Virus record (IMG/VR): IMGVR_UViG_2667527789_000018
Location: 1 to 31,427 of that record
DNA length: 31,427 nucleotides
Source: a virus
Lineage: Duplodnaviria; Heunggongvirae; Uroviricota; Caudoviricetes
Strand: one strand, 5' to 3'
Shown one piece after another: positions 17,331 to 25,891 of the stretch (positions are counted from its first letter, which is position 1; each line of letters opens with the position of its first letter). Below the pieces are notes generated by a model. It did not search any database and was not told the DNA's origin. It saw only the letters and a list, made by a program, of their open reading frames with translations. Position numbers and translations under genes: made by a program.

Positions 17331-17966
17331 ATGAACACTCTCGCAAATATTCAGGAACTCGCGCGCGCACTGCGCAACATGATCCGCACCGGCATTATCG
17401 TCGAAACCGACCTTAACGCCGGTCGCTGCCGTGTGCAGACCGGCGGCATGTGCACCGACTGGCTTCAGTGGCTGACCCATCGCGCCGGACGTTCGCGCAC
17501 ATGGTGGGCACCTTCCGTGGGGGAACAGGTGCTGATTCTGGCCGTGGGCGGTGAACTCGACACGGCGTTCGTTCTGCCGGGGATTTATTCCGGCGATAAC
17601 CCCGCGCCGTCTGCGTCGGCGGATGCCCTGCATATCCGTTTCCCTGACGGGGCGGTGATTGAATATGAACCCGAAACCAGTGCACTCACGGTAAGCGGAA
17701 TTAAAACGGCCAGCGTGACGGCTTCTGATTCTGTTACTGCCACGGTGCCGGTGGTCATGGTGAAAGCGTCAACCCGCATCACCCTGGACACCCCGGAGGT
17801 GGTCTGCACCAACAGACTGATTACCGGCACGCTGGAAGTGCAGAAGGGCGGGACGATGCGCGGCAACATTAAACATACCGGCGGTGAACTCTCATCAAAC
17901 GGTAAGGTACTGCATACCCATAAACACCCCGGCGACAGCGGCGGCACAACCGGGAGTCCTCTATGA
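17331..17966 (+). CDS. V: baseplate central spike protein gpV
   Basis: 211 aa; C-terminal His-rich tip motif (LHTHKHPGDSGG) consistent with the metal-binding spike apex of P2 gpV; first gene of V-W-J-I-H-G operon. Confidence 0.88.
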   Translation: MNTLANIQELARALRNMIRTGIIVETDLNAGRCRVQTGGMCTDWLQWLTHRAGRSRTWWAPSVGEQVLILAVGGELDTAFVLPGIYSGDNPAPSASADALHIRFPDGAVIEYEPETSALTVSGIKTASVTASDSVTATVPVVMVKASTRITLDTPEVVCTNRLITGTLEVQKGGTMRGNIKHTGGELSSNGKVLHTHKHPGDSGGTTGSPL

Positions 17967-18310
17967 CAGCACGTTATCTCGGAATGAATCGCAGTGATGG
18001 CCAGACTGTCACTGACCTTGAGCATATCAGCCAGAGTATCGGCGATATCCTGCGCACACCGGTCGGCTCACGAGTGATGCGTCGTGATTACGGCTCGTTG
18101 CTGGCGTCAATGATTGACCAGCCGCAGACCCCGGCGCTTGAGTTGCAGATTAAGGTCGCCTGTTACATGGCGGTGCTGAAATGGGAACCCCGCGTCACCC
18201 TGTCATCTGTCACCACGGCGCGCAGTTTTGACGGGCGAATGACGGTCACGTTAACCGGCCAGCACAACGACACCGGCCAGCCACTTTCGTTAACCATCCC
18301 TGTGAGTTGA
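17963..18310 (+). CDS. W: baseplate wedge protein gpW (gp25-like)
   Basis: 115 aa; ATGA overlap with V. Confidence 0.88.
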   Translation: MTARYLGMNRSDGQTVTDLEHISQSIGDILRTPVGSRVMRRDYGSLLASMIDQPQTPALELQIKVACYMAVLKWEPRVTLSSVTTARSFDGRMTVTLTGQHNDTGQPLSLTIPVS

Positions 18311-18314
18311 AACC

Positions 18315-19223
18315 ATGCCGATTATCGACCTGAACCAGCTACCCGCACCGGATGTGATCGAGGAGCTGGACTTTGAAACCATTCTTGCCGAACGCAAGGC
18401 GACACTGATTTCCCTTTACCCGGAAGACCAGCAGGAGGCGGTCGCCCGTACCCTGACGCTGGAATCTGAGCCTCTCGTCAAACTGCTGGAGGAAAATGCT
18501 TATCGTGAGCTTATCTGGCGTCAGCGTGTGAATGAGGCCGCACGGGCGGTGATGCTGGCCTGTGCCGCCGGTAATGACCTTGATGTGATTGGTGCCAATT
18601 ACAACACCACGCGCCTGACTATCACCCCGGCAGATGATTCGACCATCCCGCCGACACCGGCAGTGATGGAGTCTGACACCGATTATCGTCTGCGTATTCA
18701 GCAGGCGTTTGAAGGTTTAAGCGTCGCCGGGTCGGTGGGTGCCTATCAGTATCATGGCCGCAGTGCCGACGGGCGTGTCGCGGATATCTCTGTCACCAGT
18801 CCGTCTCCGGCCTGTGTCACTATCTCTGTGCTGTCTCGCGAAAATAACGGTGTCGCATCCGAAGACCTGCTGGCCGTGGTGCGCAACGCCCTTAATGGCG
18901 AGGACGTCAGGCCGGTGGCCGACCGCGTGACCGTGCAGTCTGCCGCCATCGTTGAATACCAGATAAACGCCACGCTTTACCTTTACCCTGGTCCTGAAAG
19001 CGAACCCATCCGCGCTGCTGCCGTGAAAAAACTGGAAGCGTACATCACGGCACAGCACCGGCTGGGGCGCGACATCCGTCTGTCTGCCATTTATGCCGCT
19101 TTGCATGTGGAAGGCGTGCAGCGTGTCGAACTGGCCGCACCACTGGCCGACATCGTGCTCAACAGTACGCAGGCGTCTTTCTGCACCGAATACCGCGTCG
19201 TGACCGGAGGCTCGGATGAGTGA
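18315..19223 (+). CDS. J: baseplate protein gpJ
   Basis: 302 aa; synteny W-J-I. Confidence 0.88.
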   Translation: MPIIDLNQLPAPDVIEELDFETILAERKATLISLYPEDQQEAVARTLTLESEPLVKLLEENAYRELIWRQRVNEAARAVMLACAAGNDLDVIGANYNTTRLTITPADDSTIPPTPAVMESDTDYRLRIQQAFEGLSVAGSVGAYQYHGRSADGRVADISVTSPSPACVTISVLSRENNGVASEDLLAVVRNALNGEDVRPVADRVTVQSAAIVEYQINATLYLYPGPESEPIRAAAVKKLEAYITAQHRLGRDIRLSAIYAALHVEGVQRVELAAPLADIVLNSTQASFCTEYRVVTGGSDE

Positions 19224-19746
19224 TTCGCGACTGCTGCCGACCGGCTCATCACCGCTTGAAGTTGCTGCCGCAAAAGCCTGTGCGGAAATTGAAAAAACGC
19301 CGGTCAGGATTCGTGAGCTGTGGAACCCGGACACTTGCCCGGCAAATTTGCTGCCGTGGCTGGCATGGGCGTTTTCGGTCGACAGGTGGGATGAAAAGTG
19401 GCCGGAAGCGACAAAACGCGCCGTTATTCGCGATGCCTATTTCATCCACTGTCATAAAGGCACTATAGGCGCAATCCGGCGTGTGGTGGAGCCGCTCGGC
19501 TATCTCATTAACGTAAAGGAATGGTGGGAGACAAACGACCCGCCCGGCACCTTTCGCCTTGATATCGGTGTGCTGGAAAGCGGCATCACAGAGGCAATGT
19601 ATCAGGAAATGGAACGGCTGATTGCTGATGCCAAACCTGCAAGCCGCCACCTTATTGGCCTGAACATTACCCGGGACATTCCCGGCTACCTGTTCGCCGG
19701 TGGTGTGGCTTACGACGGCGATGTAATTACGGTTTACCCCGGATAA
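19216..19746 (+). CDS. I: baseplate protein gpI
   Basis: 176 aa; GGAGG SD; overlaps J stop. Confidence 0.88.
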   Translation: MSDSRLLPTGSSPLEVAAAKACAEIEKTPVRIRELWNPDTCPANLLPWLAWAFSVDRWDEKWPEATKRAVIRDAYFIHCHKGTIGAIRRVVEPLGYLINVKEWWETNDPPGTFRLDIGVLESGITEAMYQEMERLIADAKPASRHLIGLNITRDIPGYLFAGGVAYDGDVITVYPG

Positions 19747-19756
19747 GTGAGGAATA

Positions 19757-22012
19757 ATGAGCACAAAATTCAAAACCGTTATCACCACTGCCGGTGCAGC
19801 AAAGCTGGCAGCGGCAACCGCACCGGGAGGGCGGAAGGTCAACATTACCACGATGGCCGTCGGGGATGGCGGTGGTAAATTGCCTGTCCCGGATGCCGGA
19901 CAGACCGGGCTTATCCACGAAGTCTGGCGACATGCGCTGAACAAAATCAGTCAGGACAAACGAAACAGTAATTATATTATCGCAGAGCTGGTTATTCCGC
20001 CGGAGGTGGGCGGTTTCTGGATGCGTGAGCTTGGCCTGTACGATGATGCGGGAACGTTAATTGCCGTGGCGAACATGGCCGAAAGTTATAAGCCAGCTCT
20101 TGCCGAAGGTTCAGGGCGTTCGCAGACCTGCCGCATGGTCATCATCGTCAGCAGTGTGGCCTCAGTGGAGCTGACCATTGACACCACAACGGTGATGGCG
20201 ACGCAGGATTACGTTGATGACAAAATTGCAGAGCACGAACAGTCACGACGTCACCCGGACGCCTCGCTGACCGCAAAAGGTTTTACTCAGTTAAGCAGTG
20301 CGACCAACAGCACGTCTGAAATGCTGGCCGCAACGCCAAAAGCCGTTAAGACGGTAATGGATGAAACGAACAAGAAAGCGCCATTAAACAGCCCTGCACT
20401 GACCGGCACGCCAACGACGCCAACTGCGCGACAGGGAACGAATAATACTCAGATCGCAAACACGGCTTTCGTTATGGCCGCGATTGCCGCCCTTGTAGAC
20501 TCGTCGCCTGACGCACTGAATACGCTGAACGAGCTGGCGGCGGCGCTGGGCAATGACCCGAATTTTGCTACCACCATGACTAATGCGCTTGCGGGTAAGC
20601 AACCGAAAGATGCTACCCTGACGGCGCTGGCGGGGCTTGCTACTGCGGCAGACAGGTTTCCGTATTTTACGGGGAATGATGTTGCCAGCCTGGCAACCCT
20701 GACAAAAGTCGGGCGGGATATTCTGGCTAAATCGACCGTTGCCGCCGTTATCGAATATCTCGGTTTGCAGGAAACGGTAAATCAGGCTTCTGGCGCATTG
20801 CAGAAAAATCAGAACGGCGCGGATATTCCTGATAAAGATCGCTTCCTGAGTAACATTAATGTTTACAGCAAAGGCGAGGTGGATAAGAAAAAAGGAATGC
20901 GGCAGTACGTATTTAACGCGCCGTCTAATGCTGTTGGTGGAAAGTGGTATCCAGTTATTTTCCGGCGTTCCACTGGTAGCACTGGCGAACTGGCTTCCAG
21001 AGTGGTTATTACAACCACATCTGCCGGTGGTGATTACGCAATGAATAACTGCGAATTTAATGGAATGGTAATGCCCGGAGGTTGGACTGATCGTGGTTCA
21101 TATGCAGCAGGTTATTTTTCGACATATCAGACTAATGAGCGCGCAATCCATTCCATTGTAACAAGCCTGAAAGAAGATGATGTATGCAGCGTTTTTTACG
21201 TTGAAGGCAGGGCTTTTCCTGTGCGAGTTTTTGCCGAAGAAGGGCTAACGGTTATTGTTCCAACTCAGGATTATACCGTCGGTCAAACAACATATAAGTG
21301 GGGAGCAACTAATCCCGCGACAGAAAGCACGAACGCACAAGCCATTCTGGATTTTAACAATGGGCGAGGGTTTTATTGTTCTCACTCAATATTCGGTATT
21401 AATGCCATTTTTAGCGGAAATCTGGGGATTGGAACGGCTAATGCCCTGGGGGGAAATTCAATAGTTTTAGGAGATAACGATACTGGGTTTAAACAAAATG
21501 GTGATGGGGTGCTGGATGCTTATGCTAATGGTGTGCATGTATTCCGCTTTAGAAATGGCTCAGCAATATCATTAAAGGGTATTCAAGCTGGGGAAAGTAA
21601 GTTATTCACACTTTCAAGTGCAAATACCGCTGCCCATAATGCATCATTTAACTTGTGGGGAAATTCGTCAAGACCAACTGTTGCAGAGCTTGGTGATGAT
21701 TCAGGCTGGCATTTCTATAGTCAGCGAAATACAGATAACTCGGTGACATTTGCTGTAAACGGTCAGATACAACCAAGCAGCTGGGGTAACATTGATTCCA
21801 GATATGTGAAAGATGTTCGGCTTGGCTCACAGCAATATTATGGTGTGAACAACTGGCAAACATGGAACTTCCAGTGCCCTTCAGGTCATGTATTGTCTGG
21901 TATAAATGTTCAGGATACAGGTTCCAACTCCGCCGATAATATTGCGGGTGTTTATTACAGACCCGTTCAAAAGTATATAAATGGCACATGGTATAATGTA
22001 GCGAGCGTTTAA
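19757..22012 (+). CDS. H: tail fibre protein gpH with divergent, lower-GC C-terminal receptor-binding region
   Basis: 751 aa; conserved N-terminal part ([20 protein letters not shown]...), G+C drops from about 63% (near 19800) to 42-48% (21300-21660); followed by the fibre assembly chaperone. Confidence 0.88.
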   Translation: MSTKFKTVITTAGAAKLAAATAPGGRKVNITTMAVGDGGGKLPVPDAGQTGLIHEVWRHALNKISQDKRNSNYIIAELVIPPEVGGFWMRELGLYDDAGTLIAVANMAESYKPALAEGSGRSQTCRMVIIVSSVASVELTIDTTTVMATQDYVDDKIAEHEQSRRHPDASLTAKGFTQLSSATNSTSEMLAATPKAVKTVMDETNKKAPLNSPALTGTPTTPTARQGTNNTQIANTAFVMAAIAALVDSSPDALNTLNELAAALGNDPNFATTMTNALAGKQPKDATLTALAGLATAADRFPYFTGNDVASLATLTKVGRDILAKSTVAAVIEYLGLQETVNQASGALQKNQNGADIPDKDRFLSNINVYSKGEVDKKKGMRQYVFNAPSNAVGGKWYPVIFRRSTGSTGELASRVVITTTSAGGDYAMNNCEFNGMVMPGGWTDRGSYAAGYFSTYQTNERAIHSIVTSLKEDDVCSVFYVEGRAFPVRVFAEEGLTVIVPTQDYTVGQTTYKWGATNPATESTNAQAILDFNNGRGFYCSHSIFGINAIFSGNLGIGTANALGGNSIVLGDNDTGFKQNGDGVLDAYANGVHVFRFRNGSAISLKGIQAGESKLFTLSSANTAAHNASFNLWGNSSRPTVAELGDDSGWHFYSQRNTDNSVTFAVNGQIQPSSWGNIDSRYVKDVRLGSQQYYGVNNWQTWNFQCPSGHVLSGINVQDTGSNSADNIAGVYYRPVQKYINGTWYNVASV

Positions 22013-22013
22013 T

Positions 22014-22541
22014 ATGATGCACTTAAAGAACATAAAAGCGGGTAACGCTAAAACACTGGAACAGTATGAGTTAACAAAGAAGCATGGAGTCATCTGGCTT
22101 TACACTGAAGACGGGAAAAACTGGTATGAGGAAGTGAAGAACTTTCAGTCAGACACAATAAAGATTGTTTACGATGAAAATAATATTATTGTCGCTATCA
22201 CCAGAGATGCTTCAACGCTTAATCCTGAAGGTTTTAGCGTTGTTGAGGTTCCTGATATTACCTCCAACCGACGTGCTGACGACTCAGGTAAATGGATGTT
22301 TAAGGATGGTGCTGTGGTTAAACGGATTTATACGGCAGATGAACAGCAACAACAGGCAGAATCACAAAAGGCCGCGTTACTTTCCGAAGCGGAAAGCGTT
22401 ATTCAGCCACTGGAACGCGCTGTCAGGCTGAATATGGCGACGGATGAGGAATGCGCACGACTGGAGTCATGGGAACGCTACAGCGTTCTGATCAGCCGTG
22501 TGGATCCTGCAAATCCTGAATGGCCGGAAATGCCGCAATAA
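22014..22541 (+). CDS. G: tail fibre assembly chaperone gpG
   Basis: 175 aa immediately after H; C-terminus [23 protein letters not shown] as I recall for P2-family G. Confidence 0.85.
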   Translation: MMHLKNIKAGNAKTLEQYELTKKHGVIWLYTEDGKNWYEEVKNFQSDTIKIVYDENNIIVAITRDASTLNPEGFSVVEVPDITSNRRADDSGKWMFKDGAVVKRIYTADEQQQQAESQKAALLSEAESVIQPLERAVRLNMATDEECARLESWERYSVLISRVDPANPEWPEMPQ

Positions 22542-22593
22542 GTTGTATAAGCTCTGGTGTGAGATTACATATCTATGGCACAGAGTAAAGCCT

Positions 22594-22603
22594 AATCTGA
22601 CAG
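22594..22603. repeat. left copy of 10-bp inverted repeat AATCTGACAG flanking the G-FI cargo
   Basis: AATCTGACAG at 22594-22603; its exact reverse complement occurs at 23493-23502. Confidence 0.5.
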
Positions 22604-22762
22604 GCCGCTCTGTGTCTGGAGTAGATTTTAGTAAAGCATTATTTTATTAGTGCAAATTCTAATCAATACATTTTATGTATATGATATCCTGCGGACTTTA
22701 ATGACTTGGTTTAGGCTAACCAGATAACACTGAAGGAATATTTTTGATAATTAAGGTGCGGT

Positions 22763-23356
22763 ATGTTTACTAAGCGACGATTAAAAAATATTAACTGGGA
22801 GGCAAGTTCAGTGATTCTTGCTATGGTTCTCTTTGTTGGAAATATATTTTATACAAATCATCGTGATGATATAAACATGGAGGCTGAGAGAGACAGTATC
22901 AGAACAATGTTTGCATATGAAATCGCTAATAACCATCGCGCTCTCACTTTTCTTGATAAAACGAGACATATTGGCTTTGACGAAAATTCGGAGCATTTTG
23001 TTGGCGAGCCTTTTGCCATTAATGTCAAATCATTAGGGGGACCTCGCTTACAGATTGCATTAAACCAGACTGATAAAGTGTTTAAATCCTACTTCGGCGA
23101 ATTAAGTAAGCTTGATAAAGAGGATGTTACTCTTCTTATGGACTATTACCATGAGCAAAGCATCCTGCTGGAGCGTGTAAAATCTACGTTACAGAAGATG
23201 AAAAGTGGTAATGATATTAAAGTTGATATTGATGGTTACTTATTAGAAGAACACTTCATGAATGAGCTTAATCTTTCTAATATATTGCTTAAACGCTATA
23301 GCTATTTATTATCACAACACGCTAAAGAACATAAAACAAAAGATTTACATAATTGA
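22763..23356 (+). CDS. AT-rich accessory membrane-anchored protein, 197 aa, in the Z/fun hotspot; candidate superinfection-exclusion or defence protein
   Basis: About 32% G+C in a 60-nt sample; N-terminal hydrophobic helix (SSVILAMVLFVGNIFY) then a charged soluble domain; occupies the G-FI intergenic slot where P2 carries Z/fun. Confidence 0.7.
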   Translation: MFTKRRLKNINWEASSVILAMVLFVGNIFYTNHRDDINMEAERDSIRTMFAYEIANNHRALTFLDKTRHIGFDENSEHFVGEPFAINVKSLGGPRLQIALNQTDKVFKSYFGELSKLDKEDVTLLMDYYHEQSILLERVKSTLQKMKSGNDIKVDIDGYLLEEHFMNELNLSNILLKRYSYLLSQHAKEHKTKDLHN

Positions 23357-23492
23357 TAATCTGCTAATGGTTATTCATGGGGTAACTATGTTTTATATGT
23401 AATCCAGCTCAGATGAATTATTGATTCTGGATAATAACCGCAGAGCGGCATATACCCTGACAGGCAAATGTCCGCTTCTTGCTCAAAGCAGA

Positions 23493-23502
23493 CTGTCAGA
23501 TT
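23493..23502. repeat. right copy (inverted) of 10-bp repeat AATCTGACAG
   Basis: CTGTCAGATT at 23493-23502 is the reverse complement of 22594-22603; additional CTGWCAG copies at 23457-23463 and 23526-23532. Confidence 0.5.
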
Positions 23503-23544
23503 TGATAACTTTTGGGCTATGTAAACTGTCAGTCGGAAAATGAG

Positions 23545-23562
23545 TGTGTACAAATCAGGACA
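23545..23562 (+). promoter_or_regulatory. candidate Ogr-dependent late promoter element (TGT-N12-ACA dyad) for the FI operon
   Basis: TGT(23545-23547)-N12-ACA(23560-23562), about 130 bp upstream of the FI start; P2 late promoters carry a TGT-N12-ACA dyad near -55. Confidence 0.35.
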
Positions 23563-23685
23563 GGCGGGCGAATTGCCCGCATTTTCTTTATCTGTTGTTT
23601 CATCCACTGACCAGCCAGGTCAAATAGCGTCTCATGCTCTGCACAACAGAAAATAGTTGCACCCATTAACCACGGAGTTAAACGG

Positions 23686-24876
23686 ATGAGTGACTATCAT
23701 CACGGCGTGCAGGTGCTGGAGATTAACGACGGCACCCGCGTCATTTCCACCGTATCCACGGCCATTGTCGGCATGGTCTGCACGGCCAGCGATGCAGATG
23801 CGGAAACCTTCCCCCTCAATAAACCGGTGCTGATTACCAATGTGCAGAGCGCAATTGCAAAGGCCGGTAAAAAAGGCACGCTGGCGGCATCGTTGCAGGC
23901 CATCGCTGACCAGTCAAAACCGGTCACCGTTGTCGTGCGCGTGGAAGACGGCACCGGCGACAATGAGGAAACGAAACTCGCGCAGACCGTTTCCAATATC
24001 ATCGGCACCACCGACGAAAACGGTCAGTACACCGGACTAAAAGCCCTGCTGGCGGCGGAGTCGGTAACCGGTGTTAAACCGCGTATTCTCGGTGTGCCGG
24101 GACTGGATACCAAAGAGGTGGCTGTTGCACTGGCATCCGTCTGTCAGAAGCTGCGCGCTTTCGGGTATATCAGCGCATGGGGCTGTAAAACCATTTCCGA
24201 GGTGAAAGCCTACCGTCAGAATTTCAGCCAGCGTGAGCTGATGGTCATCTGGCCGGATTTCCTCGCATGGGATACGGTCACCAGTACCACCGCCACCGCG
24301 TATGCCACCGCCCGTGCGCTGGGGCTGCGCGCTAAAATCGACCAGGAGCAGGGCTGGCATAAAACGCTGTCCAATGTCGGGGTGAACGGTGTTACCGGCA
24401 TCAGCGCCTCTGTATTCTGGGATTTGCAGGAGTCCGGTACTGATGCTGACCTGCTTAACGAGTCAGGCGTCACAACGCTGATTCGCCGCGACGGTTTCCG
24501 CTTCTGGGGTAACCGTACCTGCTCTGATGACCCGCTGTTCCTCTTTGAAAACTACACCCGCACCGCGCAGGTGCTGGCCGATACGATGGCTGAGGCGCAC
24601 ATGTGGGCGGTGGACAAGCCCATCACCGCAACGCTGATTCGCGACATCGTTGACGGCATCAATGCCAAATTCCGAGAGCTGAAAACAAACGGCTATATCG
24701 TGGATGCGACCTGCTGGTTCAGCGAAGAATCCAACGATGCGGAAACCCTCAAGGCCGGAAAACTGTATATCGACTACGACTATACACCGGTGCCTCCTCT
24801 TGAAAATCTGACCCTGCGCCAGCGTATTACCGATAAATACCTGGCAAATCTGGTCACCTCGGTTAACAGCAATTAA
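23686..24876 (+). CDS. FI: contractile tail sheath protein gpFI
   Basis: 396 aa; GGAG SD; followed by the tail tube gene. Confidence 0.92.
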   Translation: MSDYHHGVQVLEINDGTRVISTVSTAIVGMVCTASDADAETFPLNKPVLITNVQSAIAKAGKKGTLAASLQAIADQSKPVTVVVRVEDGTGDNEETKLAQTVSNIIGTTDENGQYTGLKALLAAESVTGVKPRILGVPGLDTKEVAVALASVCQKLRAFGYISAWGCKTISEVKAYRQNFSQRELMVIWPDFLAWDTVTSTTATAYATARALGLRAKIDQEQGWHKTLSNVGVNGVTGISASVFWDLQESGTDADLLNESGVTTLIRRDGFRFWGNRTCSDDPLFLFENYTRTAQVLADTMAEAHMWAVDKPITATLIRDIVDGINAKFRELKTNGYIVDATCWFSEESNDAETLKAGKLYIDYDYTPVPPLENLTLRQRITDKYLANLVTSVNSN

Positions 24877-24888
24877 GGAGCCTGACCG

Positions 24889-25407
24889 ATGGCAATGCCG
24901 CGCAAACTCAAGTTAATGAACGTCTTTCTGAACGGCTACAGCTATCAGGGCGTCGCGAAGTCCGTCACGCTACCAAAACTGACCCGTAAGCTCGAAAACT
25001 ATCGCGGTGCGGGGATGAACGGCAGCGCACCGGTAGACCTCGGCCTTGATGACGATGCGCTGTCAATGGAGTGGTCGCTCGGTGGCTTCCCGGATTCGGT
25101 TATCTGGGAGCTTTACGCCGCAACCGGTGTGGATGCCGTACCGATTCGTTTTGCAGGCTCTTACCAGCGCGACGATACCGGCGAAACGGTGGCCGTCGAG
25201 GTGGTCATGCGTGGACGTCAGAAAGAAATCGACACCGGCGAGGGCAAACAGGGAGAAGACACCGAGTCGAAAATCTCCGTGGTCTGCACCTATTTCCGGC
25301 TGACGATGGACGGTAAGGAGCTGGTCGAAATCGACACCATCAACATGATAGAGAAGGTGAACGGCGTCGACCGGCTGGAGCAACACCGTCGCAATATCGG
25401 CCTGTGA
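24889..25407 (+). CDS. FII: tail tube protein gpFII
   Basis: 172 aa; AGGAG SD. Confidence 0.92.
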   Translation: MAMPRKLKLMNVFLNGYSYQGVAKSVTLPKLTRKLENYRGAGMNGSAPVDLGLDDDALSMEWSLGGFPDSVIWELYAATGVDAVPIRFAGSYQRDDTGETVAVEVVMRGRQKEIDTGEGKQGEDTESKISVVCTYFRLTMDGKELVEIDTINMIEKVNGVDRLEQHRRNIGL

Positions 25408-25463
25408 TTTTCATCCGGTCAGCCTGGCTGACCGGTTAACCCCGATTCAGAAGTGAGAAAACC

Positions 25464-25739
25464 ATGAACAAAGAAAACGTCATTACCCTGGACAAGCCGG
25501 TCAAACGTGGTGAGCAGGTTATCGAACAGGTCACGCTGATGAAACCTAATGCCGGGACGCTGCGCGGTGTCAGTCTGGCTGCGGTCGCAAACTCCGAAGT
25601 CGATGCACTGATTAAAGTGCTGCCGCGCATGACCGCACCGATGCTGACCGAGCAGGAAGTCGCCGCGCTGGAACTGCCTGACCTTGTGGCGCTGGCCGGT
25701 AAGGTGGTCGGTTTTTTGTCGCCGAACTCGGTGCAGTGA
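25464..25739 (+). CDS. E: tail assembly chaperone gpE
   Basis: 91 aa; contains slippery T-TTT-TTG heptamer near its 3' end. Confidence 0.85.
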   Translation: MNKENVITLDKPVKRGEQVIEQVTLMKPNAGTLRGVSLAAVANSEVDALIKVLPRMTAPMLTEQEVAALELPDLVALAGKVVGFLSPNSVQ

Positions 25740-25891
25740 CGTTTCCGAAAAATCTCTCGGTCGATGATCTGATGGCGGATGTGGCAGTGATATTTCACTG
25801 GCCGCCATCAGAACTGTATCCCATGAGCCTGACCGAACTCATCACATGGCGCGAAAAGGCGCTCCGGCGAAGCGGAAACACGAATGAGTAA
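25464..25891 (+). CDS. E': gpE+E' fusion made by -1 programmed ribosomal frameshift at T-TTT-TTG (25712-25718)
   Basis: Hand translation of the -1 frame from 25718 is open to TAA at 25889-25891 (...AVTFPKNLSVDDLMADVAVIFHWPPSELYPMSLTELITWREKALRRSGNTNE), giving 142 aa in total and overlapping the T start. Confidence 0.65.

Noticed and set aside
17109-18025. Minus-strand ORFs of 90-174 aa spanning S and V (17109-17633, 17413-17685, 17585-18025)
   Set aside because: Antisense to co-linear tail genes with P2-matching lengths; Arg/Pro-rich artefactual translations.
18717-19944. Minus-strand ORFs of 205 and 231 aa antisense to J, I and H
   Set aside because: Overlap conserved baseplate genes on the opposite strand; no start or SD support.
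22165-22431. 88-aa plus-strand ORF in an alternative frame inside gpG
   Set aside because: Embedded out of frame in the conserved tail-fibre chaperone gene; no support.
23386-23607. 73-aa minus-strand ORF in the G-FI intergenic region
   Set aside because: Lies across the candidate FI late promoter dyad and the inverted-repeat boundary; no SD; more likely regulatory DNA.
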